Part shown: positions 1 to 13,896 of the stretch, piece after piece
Numbering within the stretch: position 1 is the stretch's first letter
Layout: the number at the start of each line of letters is the position of its first letter
From: Fimbriosthenelais zetlandica
Lineage: Eukaryota
DNA length: 64,000 nt
Assembly (NCBI GenBank): GCA_977030845.1
Contig: OZ365118.1
Location: 1,550,001-1,614,000 of the forward strand
Direction: 5' to 3'
Program-made: the position numbers and the translations under genes
Notes under the pieces: generated by a model
What the model was told of the DNA's origin: nothing
The model's input: only the letters and a program-made list of their open reading frames with translations
The model's database searches: none

Positions 1-1509
1 TCCAGCCACAGGCCAGATGGGAATTGCTCATTGTGTACACAAGCTGGTGGGGCAGGAGACGGGTTAGACGGAGTCCAAACTTCCACTCACCCTCCACCCC
101 AAGGCTGCTACTCATGGTAAAGACAATCTATGCCACAGATCATATTGAGAATCCGTACTGTATAAAACTCAAAATCTGCCCGGATTCCCACTGCTTGTCC
201 TCTTTGGACTAACATTCTATACAAGTATCACCTATGAATTATGTAGCAGACACTGTACATTTAATTTGGACAAGTAGGTCCATGTAATAGAATGTAGAGT
301 TACAATTATAAGGCCGCTGGACGGGAATAATTCAAGGCTATTACTAAGTGGGGAAGACAGCAGGTCTGTCTGTCGTCCGTGTATATGGAAGTTAGTGAGG
401 TGACTTCCCCACAATGTGAATAATGTGAATAATGCCTCCCACCACGCTATGTGGGGTTTTTATAGTTATATGGTTAGGACGGACCACAGGCCACCTTCAC
501 CATCTCTGACATGTGTTATATAGGTCTACTGGTCAAATTAATGCTCAGCTGACCACTAGGTGACCGGTAGTGGACATGGCTGTGGGTGGGAGCTGTCAAG
601 ATGTCATGTTAGAATGTTCCAGTATAGGTCCATGTTTACAGCTCCCTGGACTACAGATCAATAGGCGTCATACCCACACGACTTAACAGCCAATCACTGT
701 CCCTGTACTCAAATAAAAAAACTACACCCCCCACCTCTGGCCCCCTGGTCCCATATAAAAACACACCCCACATATAGCCACCTTTTACATTCATCACATG
801 GCGTTTGATGTGTCACAGACTTCCCCTACACAACATTAGGCGTGTCCCAGTGTTTTTGATTAACCTGTCAGCTTACCTTTTATACTAAAACCCGCACCTG
901 GCCTCAGATTGTATGATTGTACGCTGGTTATAGGCCTCCCATCTCACTGAGGCCCTGGCCGATATTTACAGGTAATTGGCGGCCAATAACTGAAGTCAGT
1001 TATGTGACAGAAGTAAGCAGTTCAGTCAGATGTGATATGGGAATGGCGGAGTAAGGCACAGATGGCCTCGTTGACTGGGTCCAGGTTTTCTATGCTCTCT
1101 CAATAGAACCCAGTTCTTTCACATTGATTTTATGTCTTCATTTGAATGATTGCCATCGTCTGATTTTTATCATTGTATAAGTCGGGCTGGGATAAAAGCT
1201 AACATCTTAAAATCACATGTTTCTCTCTCATTATTAATCTGAGTGAAACATGCCATTAGCTATAGTCACATGCGGCTTCTTTAATGCCATGTTTTACATA
1301 TCAAAACAATGAGACACAAATGAGCTACACACAGACTCATGACAGACATATATCCCAAATGTCTGAATATTTACTCAGTTATCAAATAGATTCCTATTGA
1401 CTTTTATGACATGTTTCATGTCTATTTAAGAGCCAGTGTGCCAGACATTCAGTATTAATAGATAGCTGTGGTCAATTACCCAGAGTTTACTGTACCCTTT
1501 GGTCAAGCC

Positions 1510-1631
1510 TTTCAGAATGACCAGAGAACATTTCAGAATGACCAGAGAACATTTCAGAATGACCAGGGAACATTTCAGAGTGACCAGAGAACATTTCAGA
1601 ATGACCAGAGAATATTTCAGAATGACCAGAG
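1510..1631. repeat. Minisatellite, 21-bp unit TTTCAGAATGACCAGAGAACA, ~5.8 copies
   Basis: Directly visible tandem copies; explains overlapping repetitive ORFs 1426-1768. Confidence 0.95.
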
Positions 1632-1903
1632 GACGGTCCTTCATATATTATATAGAGAGCGTCTTGAGTGACCACTGTAGATGTATAGTCTGGACATCCC
1701 GGCCTGGTCAGCCCGTGTCTGGACACAGTCTGAGGATGTTAGAGTTAAGCCTGTATTTACTGGACTAATTGACCAGTGAATGTCTGTGTTCCCGTATTAG
1801 CCGCTAGATGGCTCTCTGTGACAGCCCATTACAATCTAAATACATGTCAAATGTGTCTACATACAGTACACCAAGCTCAGGTACTGTCCTCAACCCATCT
1901 ACT

Positions 1904-2040
1904 CCATCCCCATCCCCATCCCCATCCCCACACCCATCCCCATCCCCAAACTCATCCCCATCCTCATCCACATCCCCAAACTCATCCCCATCCTCATCCC
2001 CACACCCATCCCCATCCCCACACCCACCTTCATCCCCCTC
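1904..2040. repeat. Degenerate (CATCCC)n microsatellite
   Basis: Visible hexamer repeat; source of the His-Pro and Ser-Pro ORFs 1776-2210 and 1808-2077. Confidence 0.9.
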
Positions 2041-2948
2041 CCCAGCATCTCAGTATCACAGAGATGGACAATGTTAGTAGATTCACTGATTGTCCTCAGG
2101 TTATAAACATCATTAATATTCAGACTTTAATTGAAGCCTCGGTGAGATGTAACTTGTATACATCTGTAATCTTATCAGGCTGTCTGTATAAAGCTTTATA
2201 TAGACAATAATTAAGCCAACCATGGCTGGACTTATATGACATTTCCTGAATTATCCTGGAAGCTATATGAAAGCCCTGATCACACTGTCAGTATAGGGGA
2301 GTGGCACGGGGGAAATGATAGGAAATTATACTGCCATGGCTAAAACAGTAAGTACATTCTAGTTGTATATCAGGCAATCAGCAGAATTACAGCCAGCCCT
2401 GTAATTATCGCCGTGTCTGAGATAGACAAGTCTGACGCATTAACCTCAGCCGTCTACAGGAATTGTCGCTGTAAATTGCCCCATTTTCTCCCCATATTCA
2501 ACCATTCTGTATGACAGCATCCTATCTCCTTTCCTCTTTTGTTAAAATGGATAGCAATAATTTATTGAGCATCCAATGATTTCTGAAAGTCAAAATGTTC
2601 TCCTATTGAAAACGCTTTAGGAATTGGCTCTGGAAAAAGTGCCATTTTATTTTGCCGTGTGAAATATTGGCGATTGGGGAGAGCGACATGAAACATGGAA
2701 GGGTGCAGGGTGCAGGGTGTTTACAAGCATATGGATGAATATCATTGACAGTGGTGTCCCACAGGGTTACACAATGTGTCCGCCATGATTGATAGTCACA
2801 AATAGACGCAGATCTCTCATGCATTTAACATGATTACACATTGATAAGGAGGCAGGAGTCGCACTGTCTCCAGGCCTACTCTTATCTCAATGTGACAAAA
2901 ATTGGATTCATTCTGAGATGAATGGATGACTGCGGCTGGTAGGCTAGC

Positions 2949-3002
2949 TCAACCCTCCCTCAACCCTCCCTCAACCCTCCCCCAACCCTCCCTCAACCCT
3001 CC
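2949..3002. repeat. 11-bp tandem repeat TCAACCCTCCC, ~5 copies
   Basis: Visible tandem copies. Confidence 0.9.
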
Positions 3003-6000
3003 ATCACTAATCTAAAACAACCCAGTTAGCTTCACATTAATCATAGTATAATATCACGTGGATACTCACCAACAATCGAGGATTATTGTGAACGGTGGTA
3101 CAGATACAAATAGTCTAATAGATGGCTAGAACCTAGCGTTTTACATTCCTTCTTACGACTTAAAACTGCTCCAGCAGTAAGAACATTGTCTCTCCCTTTG
3201 TGTAACACATATGGGCTTCCTCTCAAATGAGACAAAACATATGTACTCTATAATGCAAGGAAAGCGCAGCCCCCCACAAAAAACGCCTGGTCTACAAGAT
3301 GAAGGCTTTTGTTCAAACACTCTTGAAAGAAAGTGAATGAAGAAATCTGGGCGCGTGGAGGCCTGAACCAAAATGAGATCAGTTTTAGTGGCATACTTTA
3401 CAGCCCGGTTCTAACGCCGGAATGCTATACTACTGATACCAGACATGGCGGCCTGGCCCGGAGATGGTATATTAAAGTTTAATACCCCAGATAAGAGGTT
3501 ATTAAATGTGAATTAGACAAAGGCAGGGATGAAATCTGTGTGATAAGCCATTCTCTGGAGCTTTAATAATCACACATCTGGGCTGGAGCTTTCTCTAGTC
3601 GTATCCTTCATCAGGAGATGTTTGTAATGATACAAATATAATCATCCTCCTCCCTACCGTTATAATTACTACTCCCTCAGATTCCATGGTCTACCCAAAT
3701 AAAGTCTCACTTAATACTGATGTTAATTAGTTCTCTAACATTATATAAATGCGGGGCTGTATATATGGAGTGTGGGGGTGAATGTTATGTCTATGTAATG
3801 ATGGCCTATATGCCGTATAACTAACCACTGTCCACCCCACCTCTCACTTTGATCACAATTCTCTAACAGCCCCCATGAGGGCAGATATGATCAGGTCCCG
3901 GATTGAGCAGACCTCGTGTAGTAAACTAGTGTATAAACTAACCACCCCAGCTGTACCGACGTCCCGGGGGTGGGGGGGGGGGGGGTCCAGGCCCCCCTTA
4001 CCACAGATTATTTTTTGAGGCTGTTCTCCCTCTTCACAGACTCGACCCCCCGTCCACGAGTCGGGGCTGGTGACCATTCCGTCTCACCTCCCTGGAGCCT
4101 CGTCTATTTGATGTGTTTTTTTTAGCGTGTTCAGGCAGGACCTGGCCGTCATATCTTTACCATTAGTCCACCTTACATGGACTGAGAGGGCCGTCCACCC
4201 CACTCTCACTCCCTCACGCTCTCAGACTTGCTTGTCTGAAATAAAGATAAAAATGAAATCTCCGCGAGTCGGTTAGGTCTACTTCAGGCAGCAAGATCTC
4301 CTCAATCTTTGCTCAAGTTCCAAGTGAATTGCCCTTTAATTCATTTCAATGTTTAATTGAACTCCAAAATAAATTGAATGATTGAATTGTGGATTATTTA
4401 GCCATTGTTTGAGTAATGAATGTTTGTGATGAATCCGTCCATGACCATCCCATCCTGTGTGTACCGTATCGTATGGTATTAACGCCTGGCCTCATTCACA
4501 TGTAAATCAGTTGATTGTGAAGATCATTAATTACTGTACTGATCACTCACAGTGTGAAAGCCAGCCATTAATCCCCAATACAGATTAATCCCCACTATCA
4601 ACACATAATCCAGTATTTACATCCAGCCTCTAGACTGTAATAATGTGAGATGTCCTATAACCGTCTTACCCCACCATCTAGCCCTCAATACATCTATTGA
4701 CTGATGTAATATTGCTTCTCAACAATAATAGTTCACAGTGCATTGAGATCTCACTATTTTTGGTTCTAATGGAGTGTAATGGTAGAGATTGACGTGTGTA
4801 AAGCCTATCGTCCTGAGATAATGACCCGGTAGGCTGCCACCATTCACCTATAGCTCATAGACTGCCACCATTACACATTGATTCAATACCTTTCATTGAT
4901 CAATGTTATCCGCCTCACAAAAACACTCCTCACACATTTGGGTTTCCTTGACAATTCAAACCTGCTGGCAGCCTCAATGCTGTTTCAAATAATTTCTTAG
5001 CGTGCTCAGCATTTGGGCTGAATTTAATTTTCCTGCACCGATGGCAGAATTGATGAGGAGATAGAAAGCAGGCCAGTATTGTAGTATTAGCTGAGAGAGA
5101 AATGCTGTTAATTCAGCATGAAATGAATTGATCTGAATTATGCAGATCTCTCTCCCACCCTAATTTAATGTCAATATCAAAAATAGAATATTTGTTTCCA
5201 ACATAAACTACAAGTGATTGATTTGAAATCAAATTGAAAAGATTGATTTGGAAAGCGCTATCAGAAATCTAGTTTAAAAAGCTGGCGTGAATGGTTAGAT
5301 GATCGACCATTCAGATTTAGATGAGGCTATACATTTATCATCATTGAAGCGGTGTGTGCTCCAGTCATGATGATATAAAAGATACACGCAAAAACACAGC
5401 TACACATTGATACAGTACATGCTATATCTCACACTGTGTCCATGATTCCCAATGAGGTATATAGCCTGCTATAGGGCCTGTATGATATCCCAGAGAAACA
5501 TAGATATACTCATATGACAACTAGACCTCAATGAAATAAAAATACTGTATTTCATTGCAAAGCAATACATCTTTTTGATGATGATATTCAGATAACAGAA
5601 AGACACTTGAAATTGAAAATGTCAAAAAGCGGAAACAAAGCGTGGAATGAGTGTTGGTTCCCTGCACCACTGAGACTATACATGGAGTCTACTCCTCCTA
5701 TAGGCCCTTACACGTGTGACAGTCAGTCTGTCAAATAGTGGTAGAGAAATAAAGCCACGATGAATGTGGACGAGTCTGAGAGTCTGAGATCACTGTGATA
5801 TTAGTGAGAGATGAACCTACCACCAGTCAGACAGATGCCATCAGACAGGGCCTGGTACCACACAGCTTTACACTGTCTTATGTCTCCCTCCATCCCCATC
5901 CTTCTCCTACTAAAATCCTTCTCCACCAGATGTTCTCTTATTTGTCCTCCCATCTTGTTTCTGTCATTCCACAGATTGCAATGCTTTCTGGTGGAGATCG

Positions 6001-7173
6001 GTGGAGTAAGAAGAGAGAAGGACGCCTTTGCCTTGATTACATCTTAAGGCCCTCATTGGATCACTAATATGACACTATTATAGTGTCTTCTTCCTACCAG
6101 TCACACCTGCTTGATGACTCCATCCATTAGAATGCCTCTATAACCCATGGCAGTCCTGGAACGCCCCCCACCCTTCACAACATCCCCCCACCCCTGACAA
6201 CATCCCCCATAATAGGAAATGAGCACCAGGCACTCTCTAAATTTATATCCTTTTAAAGTCCAGATGACTTTCCCGTGAGAATTCCACCATAATTCCTCTG
6301 TAATCATAGATTGTGGGCTGCAGAGGCAGAACTGGGAATCATTGCACTCACATTAATGTGAATAGGTCTACATTCAAGTCCTGCCATTGCCTTGATGTCC
6401 TTGAAATACTTTGTCCTCACTCATTACAGATTATGTAATGATCTATGCAGTCTGCACCTGTACACATATCACTAGGTGTTTAGAGTTTAACCTGTGGGAT
6501 CAGCCATGGAATCACCTGTAACCATTGCCCTCTTCCCCCCCCCCCCCCCCTCCTCCAGCATCTCCTGGACCAGAGCGCCACCGCTTGGCGGGCGTGGGAA
6601 GCAGGGAGTGTTGTAAGGTGGTGCTGTGTCATCAGTGGTTCAGTCACGGATCAGGGCTGACGGCCGACACAGGCTGGATCTCTCTCCCATACCTACTCCC
6701 ATAGTCTAATACAGGCTGGATCTCTCTACTCTCACACAGTCTAACACAGGGCCGGATCTCAGACTCCCTACTCCCATAGTCTAACACAGGACAGACCTGG
6801 ATCTCACTCTCTCCTCCTACAATCTGACAGTCTCTCACACTCACATCACCAACATCTGGCATTAAAACCCCTCCTCCTCCTCCCTCACACATCCTCTAAA
6901 CACTCATTTCTTTAATGTGGCTGCCCCTTCATCCTCCACGACTTAAAGTGGTGGAGAGAAGGAGGAGGAGAGGAGGCCGGAGAGGGCTGTAGTCGTCCTG
7001 CTGCTCGGCTGTCCTCACACTGAAGCCAGTCCATGTATAGTGGAGCTAACTGGATATATGTAAAACAACCCTGAGGTGGACCTATAGGAAAAACACTGCC
7101 TCACAGTGAGTGTAGATGGTGGGGTATAAGGTGGTGTATTGTGCAGGTCATAGTGCCTGACAGGGCCAGGAAC

Positions 7174-7238
7174 AGGAGAAGCTAGAGGAGGAGAAGCTAG
7201 AGCAGGAGAAGCTAGAGGAGGAGAAGCTAGAGAAGGAG
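7174..7238. repeat. 15-bp tandem repeat AGGAGAAGCTAGAGN, 4 copies
   Basis: Visible tandem copies; yields the LASPP repeats in ORF 7015-7410. Confidence 0.9.
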
Positions 7239-8770
7239 CCGGGGTAGAGGGATTCACGTATATACAGGACATACCCCGGGAGCACAGAGCTGCTCTGGTA
7301 ATTGTGGATTTTTCCAGTGGTCGGTTTGTGAGCAGCTCAGGCAGTGAGAGGCTTGAGTTGGTGCTGTGTTCTTCTGCCCACTCATCCTCCCTCATATCTG
7401 CTCCTCTCATCCTCCCTTATATCTCATCCTCTCCCCCTACACCTCTACACCTATATACATGTACTTCAGGTGATGTGTATAATGCTTGTATAATACAAAG
7501 CGTGAATCCACCTAATCCCGCCATCTCGTGGACATTGGATACATTAAGCCGCCCAGGGACCTGTAAGGTAGGAAGCTTTTATGTACAATCACGTTTCACA
7601 TCATGATTTTCCTCCAGGGACGTATTTTGTGATATTTCCTGGAGTAGCTGAGTGCAGTATGCATACAGTGACCTTCCTCCTTGAACCCTATACCCTCCTA
7701 TACAAACACACAGTGGCGGTTTGTCCCTGAAGAATTGGTCCATTTGATTATACTACTAAAGACAGCAGACTGTGCTTGCTGGGTGGTGGTAGTGATAGGA
7801 TACACACATTGACTACCAAACACCCTCCACTCATTGACTCCCACCACCAGTGATGCTGGCCCAATATAACGCTCCACATTTAGTTACAAACTTTCCTTAA
7901 ATAGAGCCTCTGTTTATTTGAGGAAGATTGATGTTGTTTTTTTTTATTTCTGGCTCATTGTAAGATGGACTGATGTCCTCTCATCAGGCTATCAAGTGAT
8001 CAGTTGCCTGGCTGTGATTCTCTGACTCCAGCATCATTACATTACCCGCTAAATGATGAAAGGTCTTCTACCACAATCTCTTAATACATTTTTGAGAAAA
8101 TCTGAAGAAAAATGATGGCGTTGCCATGTAACCAAAGTGGGTTGAGGCCTGAAAACTGTCTTCAAATTTAAACTGACTTTAAACATGGAAATTGATATCG
8201 TGTTTGTGAGAGCGATAGTTTAACTGTGGGAAATGAGATTACAGGATCTTGATGTTTTTATTACAAGATCATTTCATATTGGGAGACAAGATGGAACATT
8301 AGTTTAGTCAGTATTAAGCTATAGACAGGGCGGTTTAAGGTGGGGTAGGTACGGGTATTTAATGTCTATATTAAGTCAGTAGCGTCTACATGATTGTATT
8401 CTGCACCCTCACTGCCGGTACCTCTAGTCTGGGGAGATGACTGAGCTCCTGTGTAACAAGTCGAGGCGATGAGATAGAAATCGTGATTATCAGCTTTTTG
8501 TCTATTCTTTGTGCACAATGAATGGCTCTCATGGGGCCTGGCTTTATACATGCCGGGCTGGGCTGAGGCTGGGCCGGGGAGGGGGCGGGGAGGGCCGGGG
8601 AGGGCACAGGTCTAGCTTCTTGACAGTTGCCTATTATCTCTGCTGGCTTTTTTTGAATTGCAAATGGCGGTGGTTGAGGAGTAATATGGCAAGTCCCGCC
8701 TTAACAAGTGAGGTCAGGTTTTATCCAGGCGTGTCTCATGTTAACTCGTCTCCCTGTCTTTACACCAGCT

Positions 8771-9424
8771 CTGAGATGGCAAGCCCAGCCCTGAGGTGGC
8801 AAGCCCAGCACTGAGATGGCAAGCCCAGCTCTGACATGGCAAGCCCAGCCCTGAGATGGCAAGCCCAGCCCTGAGATGGCAAGCCCAGCCCTGAGATGGC
8901 AAGCCCAGCTCTGACATGGCAAGCCCAGCTCTGAGATGGCAAGCCCAGCTCTGACATGGCAAGACCAGCCCTGACATGGCAAGCCCAACCCTGACATGGC
9001 AAACCCAGCCCTGACATGGCAAGCCCAGCACTGAGATGGTAAGTCCAGCTCTGAGATGGCAAGCCCAGCCCTGAGATGGCAAGCCCAGCTCTGACATGGC
9101 AAGCCCAGCTCTGAGATGGCAAGCCCAGCTCTGACATGGCAAGACCAGCCCTGACATGGCAAGCCCAACCCTGACATGGCAAACCCAGCCCTGACATGGC
9201 AAGCCCAGCACTGAGATGGTAAGTCCAGCTCTGAGATGGCAAGCCCAGCCCTGAGATGGCAAGCCCAGCCCTGAGATGGCAAGCCCAGCCCTGAGATGGC
9301 AAGCCCAGCCCTGAGATGGCAAGCCCAGCTCTGAGATGGCAAGCCCAGCTCTGAGATGGCAAGCCCAGCCCTGACATGGCAAGCCCAGCCCTGACATGGC
9401 AAGCCCATCTCTGAGATGGCAAGC
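8771..9424. repeat. Minisatellite, 20-bp unit CTGA(G/C)ATGGCAAGCCCAGC(C/T), ~32 copies, with an internal 180-bp higher-order duplication
   Basis: Visible tandem copies; 8881-9060 is identical to 9061-9240. Confidence 0.97.
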
Positions 9425-9468
9425 TTCGCTAGTCAGAGCATCCTGAATAATACCAGCCCAATCACAGG

Positions 9469-9565
9469 CAAATCACACAGGGCAAGGTTGTCAAATCACA
9501 TGGGGGTAGGTTGTCAAATCACACGGGGCAAGGTTGGCAAATCACATGACAGAAGGTTGCCAAAT
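9469..9565. repeat. Diverged 23-bp tandem repeat CAAATCACAYRGGGCAAGGTTGN, ~4 copies
   Basis: CAAATCACA...AGGTTG recurs at 23-bp period. Confidence 0.8.
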
Positions 9566-10140
9566 TAAAGGCTCATCAGATGGAAAGCCCTCAGTCTCAG
9601 CTTATCTCCCTCACAGCTTCCTGAGATGGTTGTGAAATGCTGGCAATATTTCAGTTTTCGTCTTGTGAGAAGAGATTAGATTCTTTGAAGTGAGATAATT
9701 TATGAGACGTAATGAGGGTCGGTGTGCAGGTGGAATGAGAGTTTGTCAATCGTGGAATGAAGATTTATTTGTCGATCCACGCCAGGCGACTGACGACATG
9801 TGTATAGGTGGATGGTGTTTCACCAGTTAGACGCCCGGAATCTAACCAGGATGCCTGTAGTGCTGAATCCACCCCTGATAATGCCCCATGTTGACACATC
9901 CAGTGAATCCCCCTCACCCTGGATTAACAATCAGGCTTTACCCACTTTAATGTCCATCTGCTCTAGTCTGATTATAGAGATGCAATGACCACTGGTCAGA
10001 GGGGAAGTGACCAGTGGTCAGTAGAGTTCCATCCCCTTAATTGAGCCTACAAATAGCCCCAATCCCTGCTGGTCATCGTGAGATAGTGGCTGTCAGTTAA
10101 ACCGGTAGTAGTATTGGTGAGGTGACCCAGCCCTCCCCCC

Positions 10141-10206
10141 AATCCTCCCCCAATCCTCCCCCAATCCTCCCCCAATCCTCCCCCAATCCTCCCCCAATCC
10201 TCCCCC
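10141..10206. repeat. 11-bp tandem repeat AATCCTCCCCC, 6 copies
   Basis: Visible perfect copies. Confidence 0.93.
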
Positions 10207-13200
10207 TGCCACACAAATGTCAAGTCTTGTGTACAATCCATAAAAGTGGCGCTAGTTTACCGGAAGTCAGCCTGGCTTTATTGAGTGTGTAAATCATGGC
10301 CACTATTCCCCATTATCGCCCAACATGTTGGTTAACAGAATGGCCACCAGGAGGCGGGGGCTGTACCCATGATGCATTGCGGGTCGTGGTAGGGGGATGA
10401 GTCTGTCATGGTGGACAGAAGGAGGTCGGCAGGCCCGTCTAGTGGTCACTCACCTTGTTTATCTGTGCCCCTCCAGGGGGCAGGAGTAACATGGAGTGGC
10501 CATGGCGACCATTTAATGGTATAAGGTGGGGGTGTGAGGGTTCTCCCTGACGACCGGGGGGTCCCTGACAATAGGGGGCTCCCTGACAACCCTCCCCTCC
10601 CTGACAACCCCCCCCCCCCCCCCCCGATGACAACAGCGGGCTCCCTGACAACCCCCCCCCCCCCATGACAACACGTTCTCATCATCAGGCCTAATGACCA
10701 GCCTATGGCGGGATGACACTCCCCTCTACTACTCCACACCTTGTCACCAGGGGGCACGGCTGGGGCACAAATTGGCTAAATGTTGTAAATGTTCGCCCAC
10801 GGCCTCCTCCCTACAAGAGAAGGGCTGCCCACTTGACCATCACATCATCTGTATTAGCCTAATAGAGGACGATTGGCCAATCATCCAATGATGGTGGAGT
10901 ATTAGTGATTTAATGTGCTCACCCTGGTCATGGACAGCATGCTTTAACTGAGACTGAGTGGTGAGGGATGGGCAGGATCAGCCCGCATTCCTATAGTAAT
11001 CTGGGTGATTGATGAGCCAGACCAATCTCTGACTGTAATATTTACCTTACATTGTGTTCTTTATTTCCTCTAAGATCAGCCCAGGTCCCCCACTGAGAGT
11101 ATCAAACCAGTCTCCTGACTAGAGCCCCATCTAAAGGCATGTAAAAACACAGAGTATAAGAAATAAGGTCATTTCTAGGGAGCAGAGAGCAGGATCCGGG
11201 GACGGGCGGGCGGCTGGGGACGGCCAGGGCCCATAACCCCGAGGTAACCGAGAATAATTGGCAAGATTTATCAACTTGATGGTCATCTTGTTAAGTAAAA
11301 AAGAGGAAGTGATTCTTTGTTGGTCTTTACTTGGCGGGCACCCACTGGGCTAATAAGGTAGAGACCTGCATGGTCGAACCATCCATAACAGACCGGGAAA
11401 TGGAGCCAAATACTGTAATGTGTTAACTATAGACATTGGTGGGCGCAGGCGGCAGGATGAAGGCAATAACTGAGGCTGAGATATATAGAGGCTGAGACAA
11501 ACACAAAGGACACATTCAGCCTTTATACAGCTAATAGTCCCCGTCATTCTCCTCACATAAAGCTCTCCTCCACCCTGATTTATACACCTACAAGCTCGAC
11601 AAATCATGGCATGCTACTCTTATATAGATACATTCCTACATTGTTATAACAGATCAAATATTCCTACATTCAACTGAAACTCATAGTTTATAATCTTGAT
11701 GAATACAGATAGCAGCTCTGATAGATTGTTCACATACCTTATCTGATTTGGATAGGCTTCTATATTATATTTTACTGTATGTTTTTCAGTACATTAAGAT
11801 ATATCATTGACCTTTATCTGTAGATTCCATCTTTGGCAGAAGTTCAGACTCCGCTTCACTGGATGTAACATGCCAAAATGCCATCCAGTGATTGTGATAA
11901 TGATGGGAAATATGTACCACATGATAGATCAGTCTGTTCATCATAGTACACTGATTCCTCCACATGTACAGTAATTGTTACAGTAAGAACCTGAGCAGTC
12001 TGTACAGGAATGTAGGCACAAAAGGCCTTCATTCTCACTGTACAATACCCGGGCTTTACATGAAGTGACGTGACTTCTCGTCGTTTACCGCCTGTAGTCC
12101 GGGGGTTGAGTTTCTAATGGCCGATCATGGTCGTTGAGAATACACGCTGGGTGAATGTTAGAATAAGGCATTGAATTTAAATCTTTAACATCATCTCCGT
12201 GCATGGAGATGTAGCTGACAATGTGCTTCATGACAGAGGCTGGAATTATGATCATGTCCTCACAGGGCCATGGTTAAACACAGGGCCATGGTTAGACACA
12301 GGGCCATGGATAGACTCAAGGCCACGCATACAATCCATTGAGTGTTAACGGTGGACACATTTATAAAGTCATGTCATTAAGCCGGGCTAGTCTGTGATAA
12401 GGCTGATCCAGTGTACTGGTTCATTGCATGTTAGCCTGGCTTTAATGAATATAGAGCTCTACACACAATACTCCCCCCACACTCTCCCCACATCTCACAC
12501 AGATAAAAACATCCATGTTTATCGATGGATGTAAACACACAGATTGCTTATCGCCCGAGGGCGTTATCGCCCGGCAGAATGATGAATCAGTGAATATGAA
12601 TTATTGAATGTCACTATAGCTGTATATGGGGAGATATACTGGCAGCATATCACTGAATATGATATCACACAACAGTTACATTTCCTGCACGGTAATATCC
12701 CTGTATTACTAAAATATCTCCTGTATTCTAAATAAATGTTCATGTATTTTCATTTAAAATCCTGCCAGCCCTGGCCCACCACATGATCATCTTCCCATGT
12801 CTTTGTTTAATTTAAAGACAACGGAAGGATTTAAAACCAATCGTCTTCTTATTGCCCTATCTGAGCGGCGGAAGGAGATGCCATGAAACTCAACAAAACC
12901 CAGTCAGGCCAGTCAGGCCAGGAGGGGAAAAAACGAGATCCAGTTAATTGTGCTGCCAGAAGTCTGACATGCGCTGTGGGAATGAAGGCTTCATGAGAAG
13001 CATGTCTCATGATGTGCCAGTTATGATGTGCCAGTTATGTTGTGCCAGTCATGGTGTGCCAGTCTTGTTGTACAAGTGCTGAGATAATGGTTCCAGATGG
13101 AGTTCCTGTATGAGCAGTCGGAGCATGTTAAAGTGACTCTGTGTATGATGAAGGCAGTCACTATCAGCCCACCACACCTCCTACCCCCAACATCAACAGA

Positions 13201-13227
13201 TCCCGTGTTATTTGACCACTGTATTGA

Positions 13228-13309
13228 CCACCCACCCGCCCATCTTACCCACCCACCCGCCCATCTTACCCACCCACCCGCCCATCTTACCCACCCACCC
13301 GCCCATCTT
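13228..13309. repeat. 21-bp tandem repeat CCCACCCACCCGCCCATCTTA, ~4 copies
   Basis: Visible tandem copies. Confidence 0.92.
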
Positions 13310-13684
13310 CACCCCTCTTGGGAACACATGTTTGTCCTAGCACTTTCTTATCACTCCCTGCTCGCATTAAGCACATTAAAGCTACCTCCACCTGCTGGGC
13401 TATAATTGAACTTTTTTCCCATGAACCATTATGGGATGTGATGTTGGATAGCCAGCTTTAGTCTAACACCGGTCATGGTGCTGCCACATAAAACAATCAT
13501 AAAAACGACCGCCATGTTTTACCAGAATGCCATACTGCCTCGTTTTATACATCAATTTATCCATGAGGAGGACTTGATTAAGTTTAGACCTGTGGATGTG
13601 GGTTTGGTTAATGTAACTATTCCTCACACAGTCATTAATCTGTGGATGAAGCCCTGCAGGCTGGAGACTCAGTTAATACCAGTA

Positions 13685-13896
13685 TATGTCACACTATGAG
13701 AACACACAGTAATACCAGTAAGTGTAGATGAATATGTCACACTATGAGAACATACAGTAATACCAGTAAGTGTAGATGAATATGTCACACTATGAGAACA
13801 TACAGTAATACCAGTAAGTGTAGATGAATATGTCACACTATGAGAACATACAGTAATACCAGTAAGTGTAGATGAATATGTCACACTATGAGAACA
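13685..13896. repeat. 48-bp minisatellite (TATGTCACACTATGAGAACATACAGTAATACCAGTAAGTGTAGATGAA), ~4.4 copies
   Basis: Visible tandem copies; matches the 16-aa periodicity of ORF 13669-13926. Confidence 0.95.

Noticed and set aside
1776-2210. His-Pro-rich 144-aa ORF
   Set aside because: Translation of the (CATCCC)n microsatellite.
7015-7410. 131-aa minus-strand ORF with LASPP repeats and HNTPPYTPP
   Set aside because: Its length is largely explained by a 15-bp repeat and low-complexity DNA. Splice sites are weak and no family is recognised. The plus-strand EKLEEEKLEQ reading is bounded by stops.
8701-9422. Three 218-235 aa minus-strand ORFs (LGLPSQGWACHLRAG repeats)
   Set aside because: They lie entirely within the 20-bp minisatellite. 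All three frames give the same shifting motif because 20 is not a multiple of 3, the hallmark of a non-coding repeat.
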